A DNA stretch of 56,752 nucleotides, counting the filler, from Sluysia triapertura (lineage: Eukaryota), in assembly GCA_046118255.1 (NCBI GenBank). It is 4 parts of 4 records of this genome, joined end to end, with 100 filler letters (N's around TTAATTAATTAA, not from the genome) between each part and the next. Parts side by side here need not be neighbours in the genome. Positions count along the whole stretch, not along the records: positions 1 to 17,202 come from JBJNIA010191051.1; 3 more parts are not named here. The stretch is one strand, 5' to 3'. The notes under the pieces were generated by a model that saw only the letters and a list, made by a program, of their open reading frames with translations, did no database searches and was not told where the DNA came from. The position numbers and the translations under genes are program-made. The first letter of the stretch is position 1. Each line of letters opens with the position of its first letter. Shown here one piece after another: positions 1 through 12,114 of this stretch.

Positions 1-90
1 CTTTAATTTTAAATTATAAAAATTAATTAAAATAACTAATTTTTACGTTATCTACGTTGACGTGCTTCGCAATACTTCATTATTAAAAAC
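1..90. repeat. Interspersed repeat end, near-identical to 26059-26140
   Basis: ctttaattttaaattataaaaattaattaa...tttacgtt..acgt(t/c)gacgtgcttcgcaatacttcat occurs at both loci in the same orientation. Confidence 0.85.
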
Positions 91-401
91 ACTATCAAAA
101 CTCAATATTATATACTAAATCCAATATCATTTTATAATGAGCAAACATTTTTATTGAGTTATGAAATTAAACAAATATTAATTAAGTTAATTAACAAATG
201 TACTTTAATGTTTTAACAAATAAAACCTTGTAATATGTTATTTCTTTGTATTTTTCATTATTTTATCTTGGTTTAAGTATTTTATGTACTTATCTTACCA
301 ATACAGTTCATCATAATACCTCATTTTAATTTTTTACTAATGCTGAACTTATTCTGTTATCCTGAGTCTTGACCCTTACATCGACCTTTATCCTTCCCAA
401 C
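90..401 (-). mobile_element. LTR-like repeat (TGTTGGGA start), homologous to 56482-56752
   Basis: Reverse complement aligns over ~270 bp with 56482-56752 (e.g. ggataacagaataagtt; tttgttaaaacattaaagtacatttgttaattaacttaat; atgtttgctc); both start TGTTGGGA; no TSD seen. Confidence 0.7.
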
Positions 402-890
402 AGAACTGAAATACTAGTATCTGAATTGATAAAATGATTTGGAAATAACAACTTGAAAATCAATAAAGAAAAGTAAGAATTGAAAATAGCGATAATACCA
501 AAATAAATGAAACAAAATATATTGTAAGACATTTGGTGTGAAACCAAAGTACGAAATATAGGCTATTATATTGATTCAAAAATGAACGTGGAAGAAAATA
601 TTACTTGTATTGTTAAAAAGTTTAGTATCAATTAAAGAAAATATCAAATATTCGAAACTTTATTAAAAAAGGAACAGCTATACCTTTTGTTCATTCATGG
701 ATAACTAGCAACATAGATTTTAACAATGGTATACATATAATTAATTTGATATGGAAAAGTGAAAAAATTACAATTAATATTAATCAAGCAACAAGATTAA
801 TTTTCTAAGTTAGAAGAAGATTTCATGTAACACTTTATCTTAAGAAATTACATTGGTTGTCAATAAAAGCAAGATCAGAATATTTCATTG
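402..890 (+). mobile_element. Decayed L2/CR1-group non-LTR retrotransposon, RT C-terminal region
   Basis: Broken frames give NNNLKINKEK, VRNIGYYIDSKMN, SNIRNFI, NQATRLIF, HVTLYLKKLHWLSIKAR, matching the conserved L2/CR1 post-RT motifs; stops and frameshifts present. Confidence 0.75.
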
Positions 891-1651
891 AGACATAATA
901 ATTCATACAGAATCCACAGTGATAATAAGCTAGGTGATGTACAACCAACTTTTAGAGAATGTCAAATTACTGGAAGATTATGAAATATTCAAGAAAAGAC
1001 AAAGACAGAAATATTATAATGAATGATTTATTTTAAGCGCTTTTGAGTATTTACTTTGCGGTAGATATGAGCCCAATATAAATTAATGTTATTATTATTA
1101 TTATTATAGTTTGCAAAAACCAAAAATTGTTTTGTAAATATTTACATGAAAAGTCCACACCTACAAAATTGACATAATGAACAATAAGAAATGCCTTAGG
1201 ATTTTCGGACAAGAATTCGAGTTATATTTCAAAAGATTTTTTATTTAAAATAAATTGTATAAATAAATGATTGATTTAATTACTTTATTTCAGCATATTT
1301 TATTACAATATCTTTTCATAGTTCATAAAACTTATACGTTGCCACGTACTTTTTAAATTCCGTTTAGTCTTTTTATAATTTTAAATGTGCCTTCTAGTAT
1401 TTTTTCTTTATATTGTTTTATAAATATAAATACAAACTAAAGTAAAAGTAAAGTACTTTTTTAGTTTTGGTTTTTATTTTATACTTACCTATTTTATAAA
1501 TTTAAAATTAATTTTTTTGATATAAATTATATTTTTGTGTTTTAAAATATTATTTTTGTATATTATAATATATAATTTTATTATGCTTATTTTTATTTAT
1601 TCCGGAAATTTAATATTTTAGATTTATTTATGTTAAAAGTTTATTTTTATA

Positions 1652-2188
1652 ATGATATTTATATGCTTGGTATTTTTGCTTGTAATTAGGAATATTTATT
1701 CCTACAGTATTAATTCTTCGGTATTGGAAAAAGGTATCAACGAACATTTTAAGGATTTGTACAGTCCCGATGTTTTTAATGAAAATTTATTGGATGATTT
1801 TCTTCTAGTAACTAAAGGATCTCCAGATGCTTTGACAGATTTAAGATGGCATCTTCATTTAATAAATATAATATGGAATAAGATTGATGAAATGAAAATT
1901 GATAAGAACTTTAAAAATAGATCTAGTTTTAATATTAATTTTAAATTTCGAGTTGATAAAGAGTTTATTAATTATGTTACCAAATATAATAAAGGAATTG
2001 ATAGTTTACCATCGCAAATTAATGATTATATTTTAAATAATTTAATTTGTGTGAACTTGACAAGAAGTGTAGGTGATAGTACAAATTATTTTTTAATTGA
2101 TAATTTTAATCTTGAAGACACAGTAACAATATCTTTTATCGTGCTAAGTATTTTTGTTGTTTTTAAAATGAATAAAGGATTTTTGTAA
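1652..2188 (+). CDS. Hypothetical 178-aa protein with hydrophobic N- and C-terminal segments
   Basis: Long ORF for such AT-rich DNA; signal-peptide-like start and C-terminal hydrophobic stretch; no family recognised. Confidence 0.4.
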   Translation: MIFICLVFLLVIRNIYSYSINSSVLEKGINEHFKDLYSPDVFNENLLDDFLLVTKGSPDALTDLRWHLHLINIIWNKIDEMKIDKNFKNRSSFNINFKFRVDKEFINYVTKYNKGIDSLPSQINDYILNNLICVNLTRSVGDSTNYFLIDNFNLEDTVTISFIVLSIFVVFKMNKGFL

Positions 2189-2243
2189 TGTATGAAGATA
2201 AAATTCGAACTAATGAAATTGAATTAATTGAATCTCCACCAAT

Positions 2244-2462
2244 ATGTCAAAACTTTTGAAAGGCTCTGTGATAGGATCAAATAGTTTAATGGAAAATTTT
2301 CTTATATTTGTCGGACTATCTGATAAATTAAGGTACAGAGACGCAATTAATAAATGTACTGAATATAAGAAGAGTATTGAATTATACACTAGAAGATATG
2401 AAATACTCTATGAAATAAATATTTTTCATGTTATTATGAGTATTTTTGTGATTGTTTATATT
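2244..2462 (+). CDS. Hypothetical ORF running into an assembly gap
   Basis: Open frame with a hydrophobic segment before the N-run; continuity across the gap cannot be verified. Confidence 0.25.
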
Positions 2463-2638
2463 NNNNNNNNNNNNNNNNNNNNNNNNNNNNNNNNNNNNNN
2501 NNNNNNNNNNNNNNNNNNNNNNNNNNNNNNNNNNNNNNNNNNNNNNNNNNNNNNNNNNNNNNNNNNNNNNNNNNNNNNNNNNNNNNNNNNNNNNNNNNNN
2601 NNNNNNNNNNNNNNNNNNNNNNNNNNNNNNNNNNNNNN
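2463..2638. other. Assembly gap
   Basis: Run of N. Confidence 0.99.
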
Positions 2639-2724
2639 ATTAATTACTTTATTATTTTTTGTTTTAAAAAGAAAAATTTTTAAAAATCTTGAAAATTTGA
2701 AAGCCGAAAATATTGTGATGTCAT

Positions 2725-3780
2725 ATGGCGTGCAATAACGGATGCGATTTGATTTCAGAAATGGATGATGGTTTTAATATGTCTTACTTAAATGGTACTA
2801 AGATTCAGAAAATTGATACTGGCATCTACGAAACTGTTTATAAAGCTAAAAATTTAGATTCAGATGAAGTTAAAGCCTTAAACGAGGTAACATGGAGTGA
2901 ATATGATGAGATATCAGTTTATGTTCTTCGAGAAGCGTACAGTTTGAAGCTGCTTAATCATCCTGACGTGGTTCCGTTAGGAGAAGTTATGACGTATGAT
3001 CAAAGATCATGTATAGCGTTGGAATTTAAGCATTCTGATTTAGTTATAACATACGATCAAAGATCATGTACAGTGTTTGAATTTAAGTATTGTGGTTTAG
3101 TTATAACGTATGATCAAAGATCATACATAGTGTTTGAATTTATGCATTGCGATTTAGTAGATTACATGTTCGAAGTGAATTTTGAAACTACATAACATAA
3201 AATTAAAGATTTTATGAATCAAATTTTATCTGTTTTATATTTTTATCATTTTCGTAAAGTGGTTCATCGTCATTTGAAGTCACGAAATACCTTGGTTGAT
3301 AAAGAAGTTGACGTTTTAAAATTAAGTGATTTTAGGCTGGCACGTATGTATCCAGTACCAGCTAAAGATCTGGCTAAAAATTTAACAACTGTATGGTACC
3401 ATCCAATTTTTGTTATTCTTAATCATCGCCAGTATGGCGTCAGTGTTGATAGTTGGGCAGTAGGTTGTGTATTCGCAGAATGGGTTATAGTACTACCGTC
3501 ATTCAATGGCGATTCAGACATCGACGTGATTTTCAAAAACTTTTACATTGGTTTATGTAATTTCTTGTGTGAAGAAGTGATCGACCTAACTCACGAAATG
3601 TCAGAATACCATGATTATAGTTTACTCCACTTTTTGTTAGTTAAACTAGTTGATTTTAAAAATTATTATAGTAAAGAGTTTATTCATTATTTGTTTGTCT
3701 TTTTATTAATAAATAAACAATACCATTTTAAAAATCATTGTAGTAAAGAGTTTATTCATTATTTTCTGTCTTTTTGTTGA
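2725..3780 (+). pseudogene. Intronless CDK1/2-like kinase pseudogene or pseudokinase
   Basis: KIQKIDTGIYETVYKAKN, LRE, LNHPDVV, VFEFMHCDL, HRHLK, LSDFRLAR, TVWYHP, YGVSVDSWAVGCVFAE, FNGDSDID follow the CDK layout; in-frame TAA at 3193-3195 joins the two ORFs; G-loop, VAxK, HRD and DFG are all altered. Confidence 0.85.
2986..3156 (+). repeat. 3 x 57-bp in-frame tandem repeat inside the CDK N-lobe
   Basis: Units start at 2986, 3043 and 3100, each encoding V(M/I)TYDQRSxxxxEFxxxxL. Confidence 0.95.
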
Positions 3781-3857
3781 TAAATGAACAGCATGATTTT
3801 AGAAATTATTGCAGTGAAGAGTTTACTCATTATTTGTTTGTCCTTTTATTAATGAAC
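3652..3857 (+). repeat. 3 x ~72-bp tandem repeat at the CDK 3' end
   Basis: Units at 3652, 3724 and 3795 (FKNxxSKEFIHYLFVFLLIN); a 1-bp loss shifts the third unit into ORF 3774-3968. Confidence 0.9.
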
Positions 3858-4631
3858 GGTGGCAAACGTTTACATGATGTTGAGAAGGAGGTAGCAATGC
3901 TAGACTATGGTGTGGCATTAAGGCCGATTTGTTGCGGTGCGCGTCGGGAGCGGTTTCACGAGGTCTGATGGTGCGAAGGAGATTTCGTCGAGTCAAGTGG
4001 TACGTGAGAAAATCTTTTCATTGTAAGATTCTTATTGTCAACGAAATGTTATTTCACATAATGAGAACATTTGTAGATATATTCAAATTTCATGATAATA
4101 AAATTACACTAGTTTTTTATTGTTTATTTTGCCCTCAACGATTTTGTATAAAGGAATTGAAGTGCCTTAAGCACGAATCTCATAATAATAAATTATTAAT
4201 TTCTAAACAGTATCAGTTAATAACAAGTTTCTTTAACCTAATGAAAAAAATGTTTTATTAAATTTAAATAAATTAATAATTTATAAAGAAATAATTTTAT
4301 TAAATTTAAATGAATTTCTAACAAAAAGATTAAAACCTAACGCTAACAGTATAAAACCAAACGACCCCACAATAGCCCCATAAAAAATAAACGACAAAAT
4401 TAAGTGAGATTTAGCATAAATTGGTATAATTGATTAATTGAAAATCAATATAACTGATTCATTCTTAATTACATAATTGATTTAAATTTTTTTGGATCAT
4501 CAAGTTGCTTTTAATCGATATTTTATATTATGGAAGCCAATCCTATTTCGCTGTGTTTCGTTTATATCATTAAGTTTTATTTGATAAGTTTAAAATCATA
4601 CTAAATGTGGAAATATTTAAAATATAATAAT

Positions 4632-4815
4632 AGAATAAAGAGAGAGTTTTAACGTGAATCCACCAACGTACTGGACTTACCAGTTTGGGCCAGCCATTGG
4701 ATTTGAATAAAATGATTCTTAAGTAAGGCTGAAAGAAATGCACGAAATGTTTTGTTAATGATGCTAGTTTATATATTGACAGTGAAATATTAAAATTTTC
4801 TGGAAGTAAATAAAC
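4632..4815 (+). mobile_element. AGAATAA-ended interspersed repeat, truncated copy 1
   Basis: agaataaa...gtgaatccaccaacgtactggacttaccagtttgggccagccattggattt...tctggaagt shared with copies at 12115, 23617 and 35069. Confidence 0.8.
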
Positions 4816-4818
4816 TCG

Positions 4819-4855
4819 TGCCCAGTGTGAGGATCGAACTCACTACCTCCAGATA
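4819..4855 (-). pseudogene. 3' half of an elongator tRNA-Met-like gene
   Basis: Minus strand ATCTGGAGGTAGTGAGTTCGATCCTCACACTGGGCA: T-arm GTGAG/CTCAC with B box; resembles metazoan tRNA-Met(e) 3' half; no 5' half. Confidence 0.6.
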
Positions 4856-5778
4856 AACATTTTGAACCATGTTTAAATCTAGGTTTTATATTAAGTGTTA
4901 TACATTTGATTAAATTTAAAAGAACCAAAAGCTGTAAGAAAAGAATTTCGTAACAAAACGTCTTTCGAAAAAGAATATAAACCGTTTACTACAGGTGAAC
5001 CCATATCAGATTTATTTTTGTAAGATAAGAATAATGAAAAGAATAATCTTAGTAAATATCTGTTGTTATTAAATTGTGATTTGTAAAGGTGTTGACAAAG
5101 TAAAAAAGCATTTTTTACTGACCTTTCATGCACTTTAAATTCTATTAAACAATCTTCGTTTAAACATATTAAAACACAAACTACCACATTTTCCAACGAG
5201 AAAATCTATTTTGCAAGAGACTGCCAACATCATATTTTAAACGAACAATGTTTAACAAATTAAGCTCACACAAAATAAGTAAATTTTATCGATAAGTAAG
5301 AAAATATCCACAGATCTCAATAAATGATACACCGATGTTGAGTGATAAAACTTCATAAATATCAATTTCTGCATTGTTTTGAATTGAAATGTGTGAAGTA
5401 TGCACAACATTTATCAGACATTTTTATGTAATCGATTTAATTGGCCAGAGATGTAATCAAAATTTAAGTTTTAATTATCAGAACTACTTCCAACAAACAC
5501 TTTTATTGAAGATTTTCATCTTTACTGTCGATTGGGATTGATCATTTTCGTCTAACTTGTAAAGGTTTTTCAAATTACTTGAACTTTAATCTTCATCTTG
5601 TGCATTTTTAGTAAAATTTTATAAATTTTTTTGAGAATATATTAAATTATTGGTTTCTGAATATATCAGAACAAATGTATGCATTAGTTATTCCAAAAAT
5701 ATCGATGATTCCAACAAATAATCATCAATTATATCAAAAGTATTCCTTAATAGACTTCATCTATTTAAATAGCATCTA

Positions 5779-7328
5779 CAGTGGACCACAGATATAAAAT
5801 AACAGCAGTTTTTTTGTTTTATTTTAATTAATTATTAGTGATATTTATTTCTGATGTTATTATTAGAAGCATATATGAAAACAATTAAAATATTATTAAA
5901 AATAAATATCTAATTACTGCGCCATATTTGAATTAAAAAAATAAAAAGTGATTTTTACATGTGACAAAATTATAGCAACACAATTATAAAGTTTAATACA
6001 TTAATTAATTAGTCAATTTTAGTCAATCAAAGGTAATTAATTTTATTTAATATATTCTATTTAAATAATTTTTTGTTAGCTATTATAAATATAATTAAAA
6101 AATTTTTACAAATAAATTATTTTAAGATGCCAAAAGGAGAAACAATTATTGCCTATTGAAATTGGACAACTTTTGGTCTATAAAGATGCAAATTTGGGAA
6201 TAAGAGAAATTGGACGTCGCATTAAAAGAGATGAAGCACAATCAGTCGATTTCTTCAAGATCCCGAGAATTATGGCAAGAAAATAAGAAGATGACAGAAA
6301 CCAAAGTTGACATCGAGAGACAAAATGAGCATTCTTCGTGACAAAAATATGCCGCCAAAATAGATTAAATAGGTTCATCACTTCCTTGTTCAATAAGAAC
6401 TGTCCAAAGGGCTGCAGGTAACTGCCAACACTTAAGATATGAGAAGAGAAAGCCCAATCCAAAACTCACAGCAGTGCACAAGTCGGCACGGGTCACCTTG
6501 GCACAATTATACTTATCATGGATTTTAAAATTGCATCAAATTATATTCGGTAACGAGAAAAAAATTTAATCTTGATGGCCCTGATGGATGTCAGTTTTAC
6601 TGGCATGACCTGAGGAAGAGTCTGAAGTACTTCAAAAAACGTGGATTCTGAGGTGGTTCGATGGTGGCATTGGTAGACTTTGGTTGGAATGAGAAAACAG
6701 AAATTGTGTTCTTAGACGATAAATAAAACTCATAGAAGTATATTCAAACACTCATTGACTTTCTCATCCCCGTCGCAGGTCAAATTGGAGGCCAAAACTG
6801 GATCTTCAAACAAGACAATTGTTCAATCCCTTGCTCCTCGGAGACAACTAAATAACCAAAATCGGGTTTTGAGTTGGCCTTCTTGTAGCCCTGACTTAAA
6901 CCCCATTGAGAACCTCAGGGTTTAATCGTTCGGAAGGTTTACCGGAATTGACAAAGTAAAGGATTTGAAAGCAGCCATTCTTGCTGATTGGGAAGAAATC
7001 AGCCTTGGGGAGATGGAAAGTCTAGTTAGCTCAATGCCTAAAAGACTTATTGAAGTCTTAAATCAGAATGGTGACTTTATTGGCTATTAAAAAATTTTAA
7101 TTTTCAAGTTAATTAATTATTAAACTAGGTGTTGTTATATTTCTCTCATAAACTAAAATTACTTTTTTTAAATTAAATGTTGTTTATGTGATGATTAAAC
7201 ATTTTTGTCGTAATCAAATTAAAGGGTATAATCTTTAATAAATTATATTATTTTTTTCATAATTATTCAACAATTATTAAATGAGATGCATTAAAAAACA
7301 ACTGTTGTTATAAATGTCTCAACCTCTC
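5779..7328 (+). mobile_element. Tc1/Tc3-like DNA transposon, degenerate; transposase at 6127-7090
   Basis: TA-CAGTGG left end; frameshifted transposase with MPKG, IREIGRRIKR, FGNEKKFNLDGPDG..YWHDLRK, WIFKQDN, WPSCSPDLNPIENL, SMPKRL; imperfect repeated motifs near both ends. Confidence 0.9.
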
Positions 7329-7589
7329 TAGAAGAGAGGTTGGAGGATACTTGGTTTACTGGTTTAACTCATGCACGCGCAATTCGAATTTTATTATGGA
7401 TAGATTAGAGTTAATATGTTGGTTCCTTTCATTATGAATTAGATCATTCTGATTGGTTGAATGTTCTGTAATTGTTTAGTCATTTCTTCGTTAATGTATA
7501 TAGATAGAAAAATTTATGGTTAAATAAACAAAGGAATTATTTTGTCATTTTTACGTCATTCTAGTAAAAAGATCATTCTTTAGATATTA

Positions 7590-7970
7590 TTTAAAATTTA
7601 ATAATGGAAGCCAAAATAATATATGTACAAATTAAAAATTATTCATTTGTTATTTTTTGAAAATGCTAAATTCGGGATTATGGAGTGTAAGAAACCAATA
7701 GAATATACTTCATAACCTATCAGAATCCAAAATGATTGCATATAATCATACAATCATGCACAGTCATATTCAAAATGGACGAATCAATTAATTTATACAA
7801 ACTATCAACTAAACTTGGTAACAAAAGCATGTTGGAACCTGAAATTTTCCCTATCCTATGTTATTTGAAATACAATCCTTTTATGTCAATAGTTTTGCTA
7901 GTTGTAAAGTTGTTGTGTTTCGTACTAAAAACATGCAATTCGCTAAATCTGTAGAAAACATTAAAAAATG
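7590..7970 (+). pseudogene. Divergent TATA-binding-protein-fold gene, frameshifted and intronless
   Basis: LLFFENAKFGIMECK, IQSCTVIFKMDESINLYKL, LEPEIFPILCYLKYNP /fs/ YVNSFASCKVVVF parallel the TBP repeat motifs (LIFxSGK; IQNMV...IRL; YEPELFPGL...IFVSGKVV). Confidence 0.6.
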
Positions 7971-8279
7971 ATTTGGTGTCTCATTTAAATTTGCATAATG
8001 TCAAGTAAATTAGTACATAAATTAGTATATAAATTAGAGAATTTAAAATATAATTTTATTATTTTTAATAAATTATTATCGTGAATCAAATGAACATTCT
8101 CTAGTGTTACAACCGATACCAAGTAGCTCTCTTAAATTCGGCCAAAATGGAGACAACAAAGCAGTGCTAAGAGTCCACAAAATATCGGACAATTTGAATC
8201 AGACAAAGAAAATGTGACCCATTATAAATTATCACACTTAACGACAAATATTATTAATATTAAATGTAATAATGAACAA

Positions 8280-8970
8280 TTATTAATTTATTATTATTGG
8301 AGGACGTTTATCAGAATTTAGAACAAATATATTATTTAATAATCATATTAAGTTATGTAGTAAAAATCTTGAAGAAGATACTTTGTAGAATCACCATCAT
8401 CTGTTATTTACCCAGATTTTGAATTTGCATTATTACCAGATCATGACCATTTTAGTAGTAAATATTTAGGTGCATCTTGTAATAAGTATAATTTAAATAG
8501 AAAATTCGTACGACTTTACTTGTAGCATTTCATAATTTACATGGATATCACATTCATCGTATATTAAAATATGCATTGGCAATAACATGTATACCTCAAA
8601 GTTAAGAAAATATTTCAAATCGCATTTGTAAATATTTTCAATTAAATTTATAGGTATTTTTCAATTTTTACCAACTTGAATTTTTAAAAAATATATTGAT
8701 TATAATTCAAATAAGCGCAGTCTATTAACAACAAAATTCCAGAAATGTTTTACAAGTTTAAAAACAATTATCTTTTTGGTACAATGTAGAAAATTTAAAA
8801 CAACATACTAATATAAGATTTTGTTATACCGCTACAAACTTAATTACGTATAAAAATGAAAACCATTTTAAAAATTCAATTAAAGTTGCTGATGATTTGA
8901 TTGCAGTTTTACTTGGAAAAGAATTATTATACTTAAATAGATCAGAGTTAAGTAAATTAAGAATTAATTA
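8280..8970 (+). mobile_element. Heavily deleted Maverick/Polinton protein-primed DNA polymerase B relic
   Basis: Ordered motifs SVIYPDFE (YADFE), DHDHFSSKYLGASCNKYNL (DHCH..GKYRGAAH..CNL), AFHNLHGY (FHNL.GYD), IKFIGIFQFLP (RFIDSFQFL), FKNSIKVADDLIAVLLGKELLYLNR..ELSKL. Confidence 0.75.
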
Positions 8971-9609
8971 ATTACAATATGAAGAATTAGAAAAATATTA
9001 TATATAAGATTAAAAATAGAGTATGATAACAAACTGAACTTATTAAAATTCATATTAAATTGCATATTTTGCGTAATACTATGTTAAATTTTATAATTAT
9101 TACATATTACACAATTATTGTTATTTCATTATAATTGCAATAGTTCTTGAACGTGACAAACACTTTAAAAATTATCATTTGGTACTATTTTATAAATAAA
9201 TAAATAATATTTAAATTATAAATGGTTGATAATTACTAAATTATCAATTTCAGTATTATTTATTAAAAAATTGTGAATAAATATTACATGCAAAATTTAG
9301 TAAATATTATCTACTAGTTTGGTAATACAATAAATATTTTCTTAGCTAATGTAATATATTACATTTATATTTTATTTGATTTATTCAAACAAAACCAAAA
9401 TATAAATAAACTTTGAATAACAAATATTTTGATTATGGAAATATTCTTTAAATAAAATTTTTTATTTATTTATTTTAATATTAAACTTAAATTTACATAA
9501 ATTATAATTTTTTCACGACTATTAAGTAGTTTGAGATATTTAATAAACACTAACATGAATAATATACATTTCCCATTTGTAATATTTGTTAAGAACAGAT
9601 AAAAACAGA

Positions 9610-9947
9610 AGACCTACACTGGAATAAGAACCTGTTGTTAATTGACTCACTACTGGCATTTTCATGGAATTTAAAGAAAATTCTTCCAATATTTCTTTCT
9701 AAACAAAAAAATGTAGTATTAAACATTAGTTAAAATTTCGTGAATTTAATTATAAAATAATTAGTATTCATTACAATACATTTCTTTACCGGAATTTAAA
9801 TCCGGAAAATGCTAAAATTTTGATATATCTTTTCTGAAACTTGCTTCAATTTTATTTAATATCATTTTATTGTATTATTATTTATTTCTACCACTTTATT
9901 TTATTTTATTTCTAACATGATTTAAGTATTAAATGATACTCTTAGAA

Positions 9948-10004
<57 letters not shown>

Positions 10005-10210
10005 TAACTTTTTTGTTTCGAGCTTTAAAGACTACACGATATGGTTCATTTGGATAATACCAAATCTGCATAAGACATTTATAAATTTTATGATCTTTAG
10101 CACTTAATTTCGTTTGTAAACTTCGTACTGCATCTTGTGTTAATATTTCGGAACTAGATTCCGACAAAATTATAGAAAGTATATCAACATTAAACCGGGC
10201 TACTTTTCGT
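9610..10210 (-). CDS. Probable exons of an unidentified host gene
   Basis: Exon 10009-10210 bounded by tttcAG and GTtaat is open (RKVARFNVDILSIILSESSSE...VFKARNKK); small candidate exons near 9790-9833 and 9615-9698 with GT/AG borders. Confidence 0.4.
9948..10003. repeat. (TAA)n microsatellite
   Basis: Perfect trinucleotide run. Confidence 0.97.
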
Positions 10211-12114
10211 CTGAAATATAATATTATAAATATTTTTATTTAATGTCTTAATTCATATTTTACGTATAAGTATTTATTTAATTTTTTTAAGACACCAGAA
10301 TAACTGTGAATATAAAGCTAATCAGAATTTATTAATTACCACTCTATAACATTATATTTCGTAATAAGTAAATATAAATTTAACTTAACAAATGTGTAAT
10401 TATTCAAATTCATTCGTTTTGGAATTTTCACTCGTATATTAATCCGTTTAATATTTAAAATAAAAAATATTATACAAAACATATATCTATATTTTTGTTA
10501 ATTATTTCAAAAATAAATTAAGCTTATATTAGTAAATCAAACATTTCAACATTAATAGTTAAATTGAATTATTACACTTTAACATAATTCATCTTGATTA
10601 ATAATGGTATTTAAACAATACATTCGAAATCATTAAACCTTAAATAGACACCATTTTTATTCTTATTGATAATAGTTAAATAGATAAAATGTTCCTACTA
10701 TTAATATTTAATAAATTATTATCAATTTTAAATGTTTTTCTTTCAATTAAATCATTATCATGAAAACATCACATATATAGTAAATGCAAAATAATTCGAT
10801 ATAATTTTTGAATTATCAAACTACTTTATACTAAATTATTAATTGTAGTATAACCTACAAAAAAATGAAATAATTTAAAAATGAAAAGTACGACTTACTT
10901 TTTACTGAAATCAATCTCTGGTACACTCATAACTCTTAATCAAATAAGTAAAAAAAGACTATCTTAATATTTTATAACAAATTTCTTGCAAATCCGAAAC
11001 AAAACTTTAAAATATATATTGACTTTTTAGTAAGTTAGTATTTACATAGTATATTTATCAACTAAGTGTGTATCCATATGTTCTCAAATCAACACTCACA
11101 AAACTTGATTTAATTTTAGTATTATAATGCTGTTTTTAAAATGATCTTCAACTATTAGTGTATGTAATGTATATAATTTTTTATTTTAACGAATTTGACT
11201 AATTAAATTGCTATTTCATTTTTATTGCTTTATAAAAGTGAAGCACAACTTTTATAAAACGTTGCTAATTTTAATCAAAAATTTATAAATTTAAAATTGT
11301 GTAGGTTGATATATATACTTTACATATGCTGCATAACTTAAAATGCATTCATTTGATTGTTTAAATTGTAATTGTTTTTTTATTTTGAAGCATTTCAAAA
11401 ATATAGAAGTAAATTAATATGTAAAATTGTTTTTATATTTTGATACGTTGAAAAAGAAACAAAATAGATTAATATACAAAAATGATAATTATATATCATT
11501 TATTAGGCTAATCATCAGACTGAACATAATAGAAATTAGTTGAAAAGGAAATTATAAGCATAATGCAAATTTCAATATAATATTTTTAATTAAAAATATC
11601 TTGTTGCTTAAATATGTAACAAAATTTATTTTTTTTGGTAGATGCTTCTTCCTTTTTTACTAAAAATATTTAAAAATTCAAAGATTCATTTTAAAACTCA
11701 TTAGTTTTTTTAATATTCGCTTTTGCAAGTTAAATCAAACTAGTTTCGTGATTCTGAGTTATCACTTTGTATCTATACCTCAGAAATATCAAATAAATTA
11801 ATTTATTTTAAATCAACATGCAAGTATTTCTGATAGTTAATACAGAGTTTGAAGACTGCAATTATTGAAAATTAAGCGATTAATCAAATCAATTCAAATA
11901 GTTCTGAAAATGACATCAACATTTTCCTGTTATCAAAGAAAATATCAATAATTATTTCAAAACTTATCAGTCTTACAATCATAATCACATCTATAATCGT
12001 AATCATCATAAGTATCATTGGACAAATCATGCAAAACATTATTCTAAACGAATCTAATTAAACACCATTATCGATATCTAGTTTATCATCATTATCTATC
12101 TGTGATGAATTCTT

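Noticed and set aside
3193-3195. In-frame TAA/TAG in the CDK and the Gypsy extra ORF as evidence of a variant genetic code
   Set aside because: The same relics carry frameshifts, and TAA ends the Tc3-like transposase at the expected position; decay is the simpler explanation.
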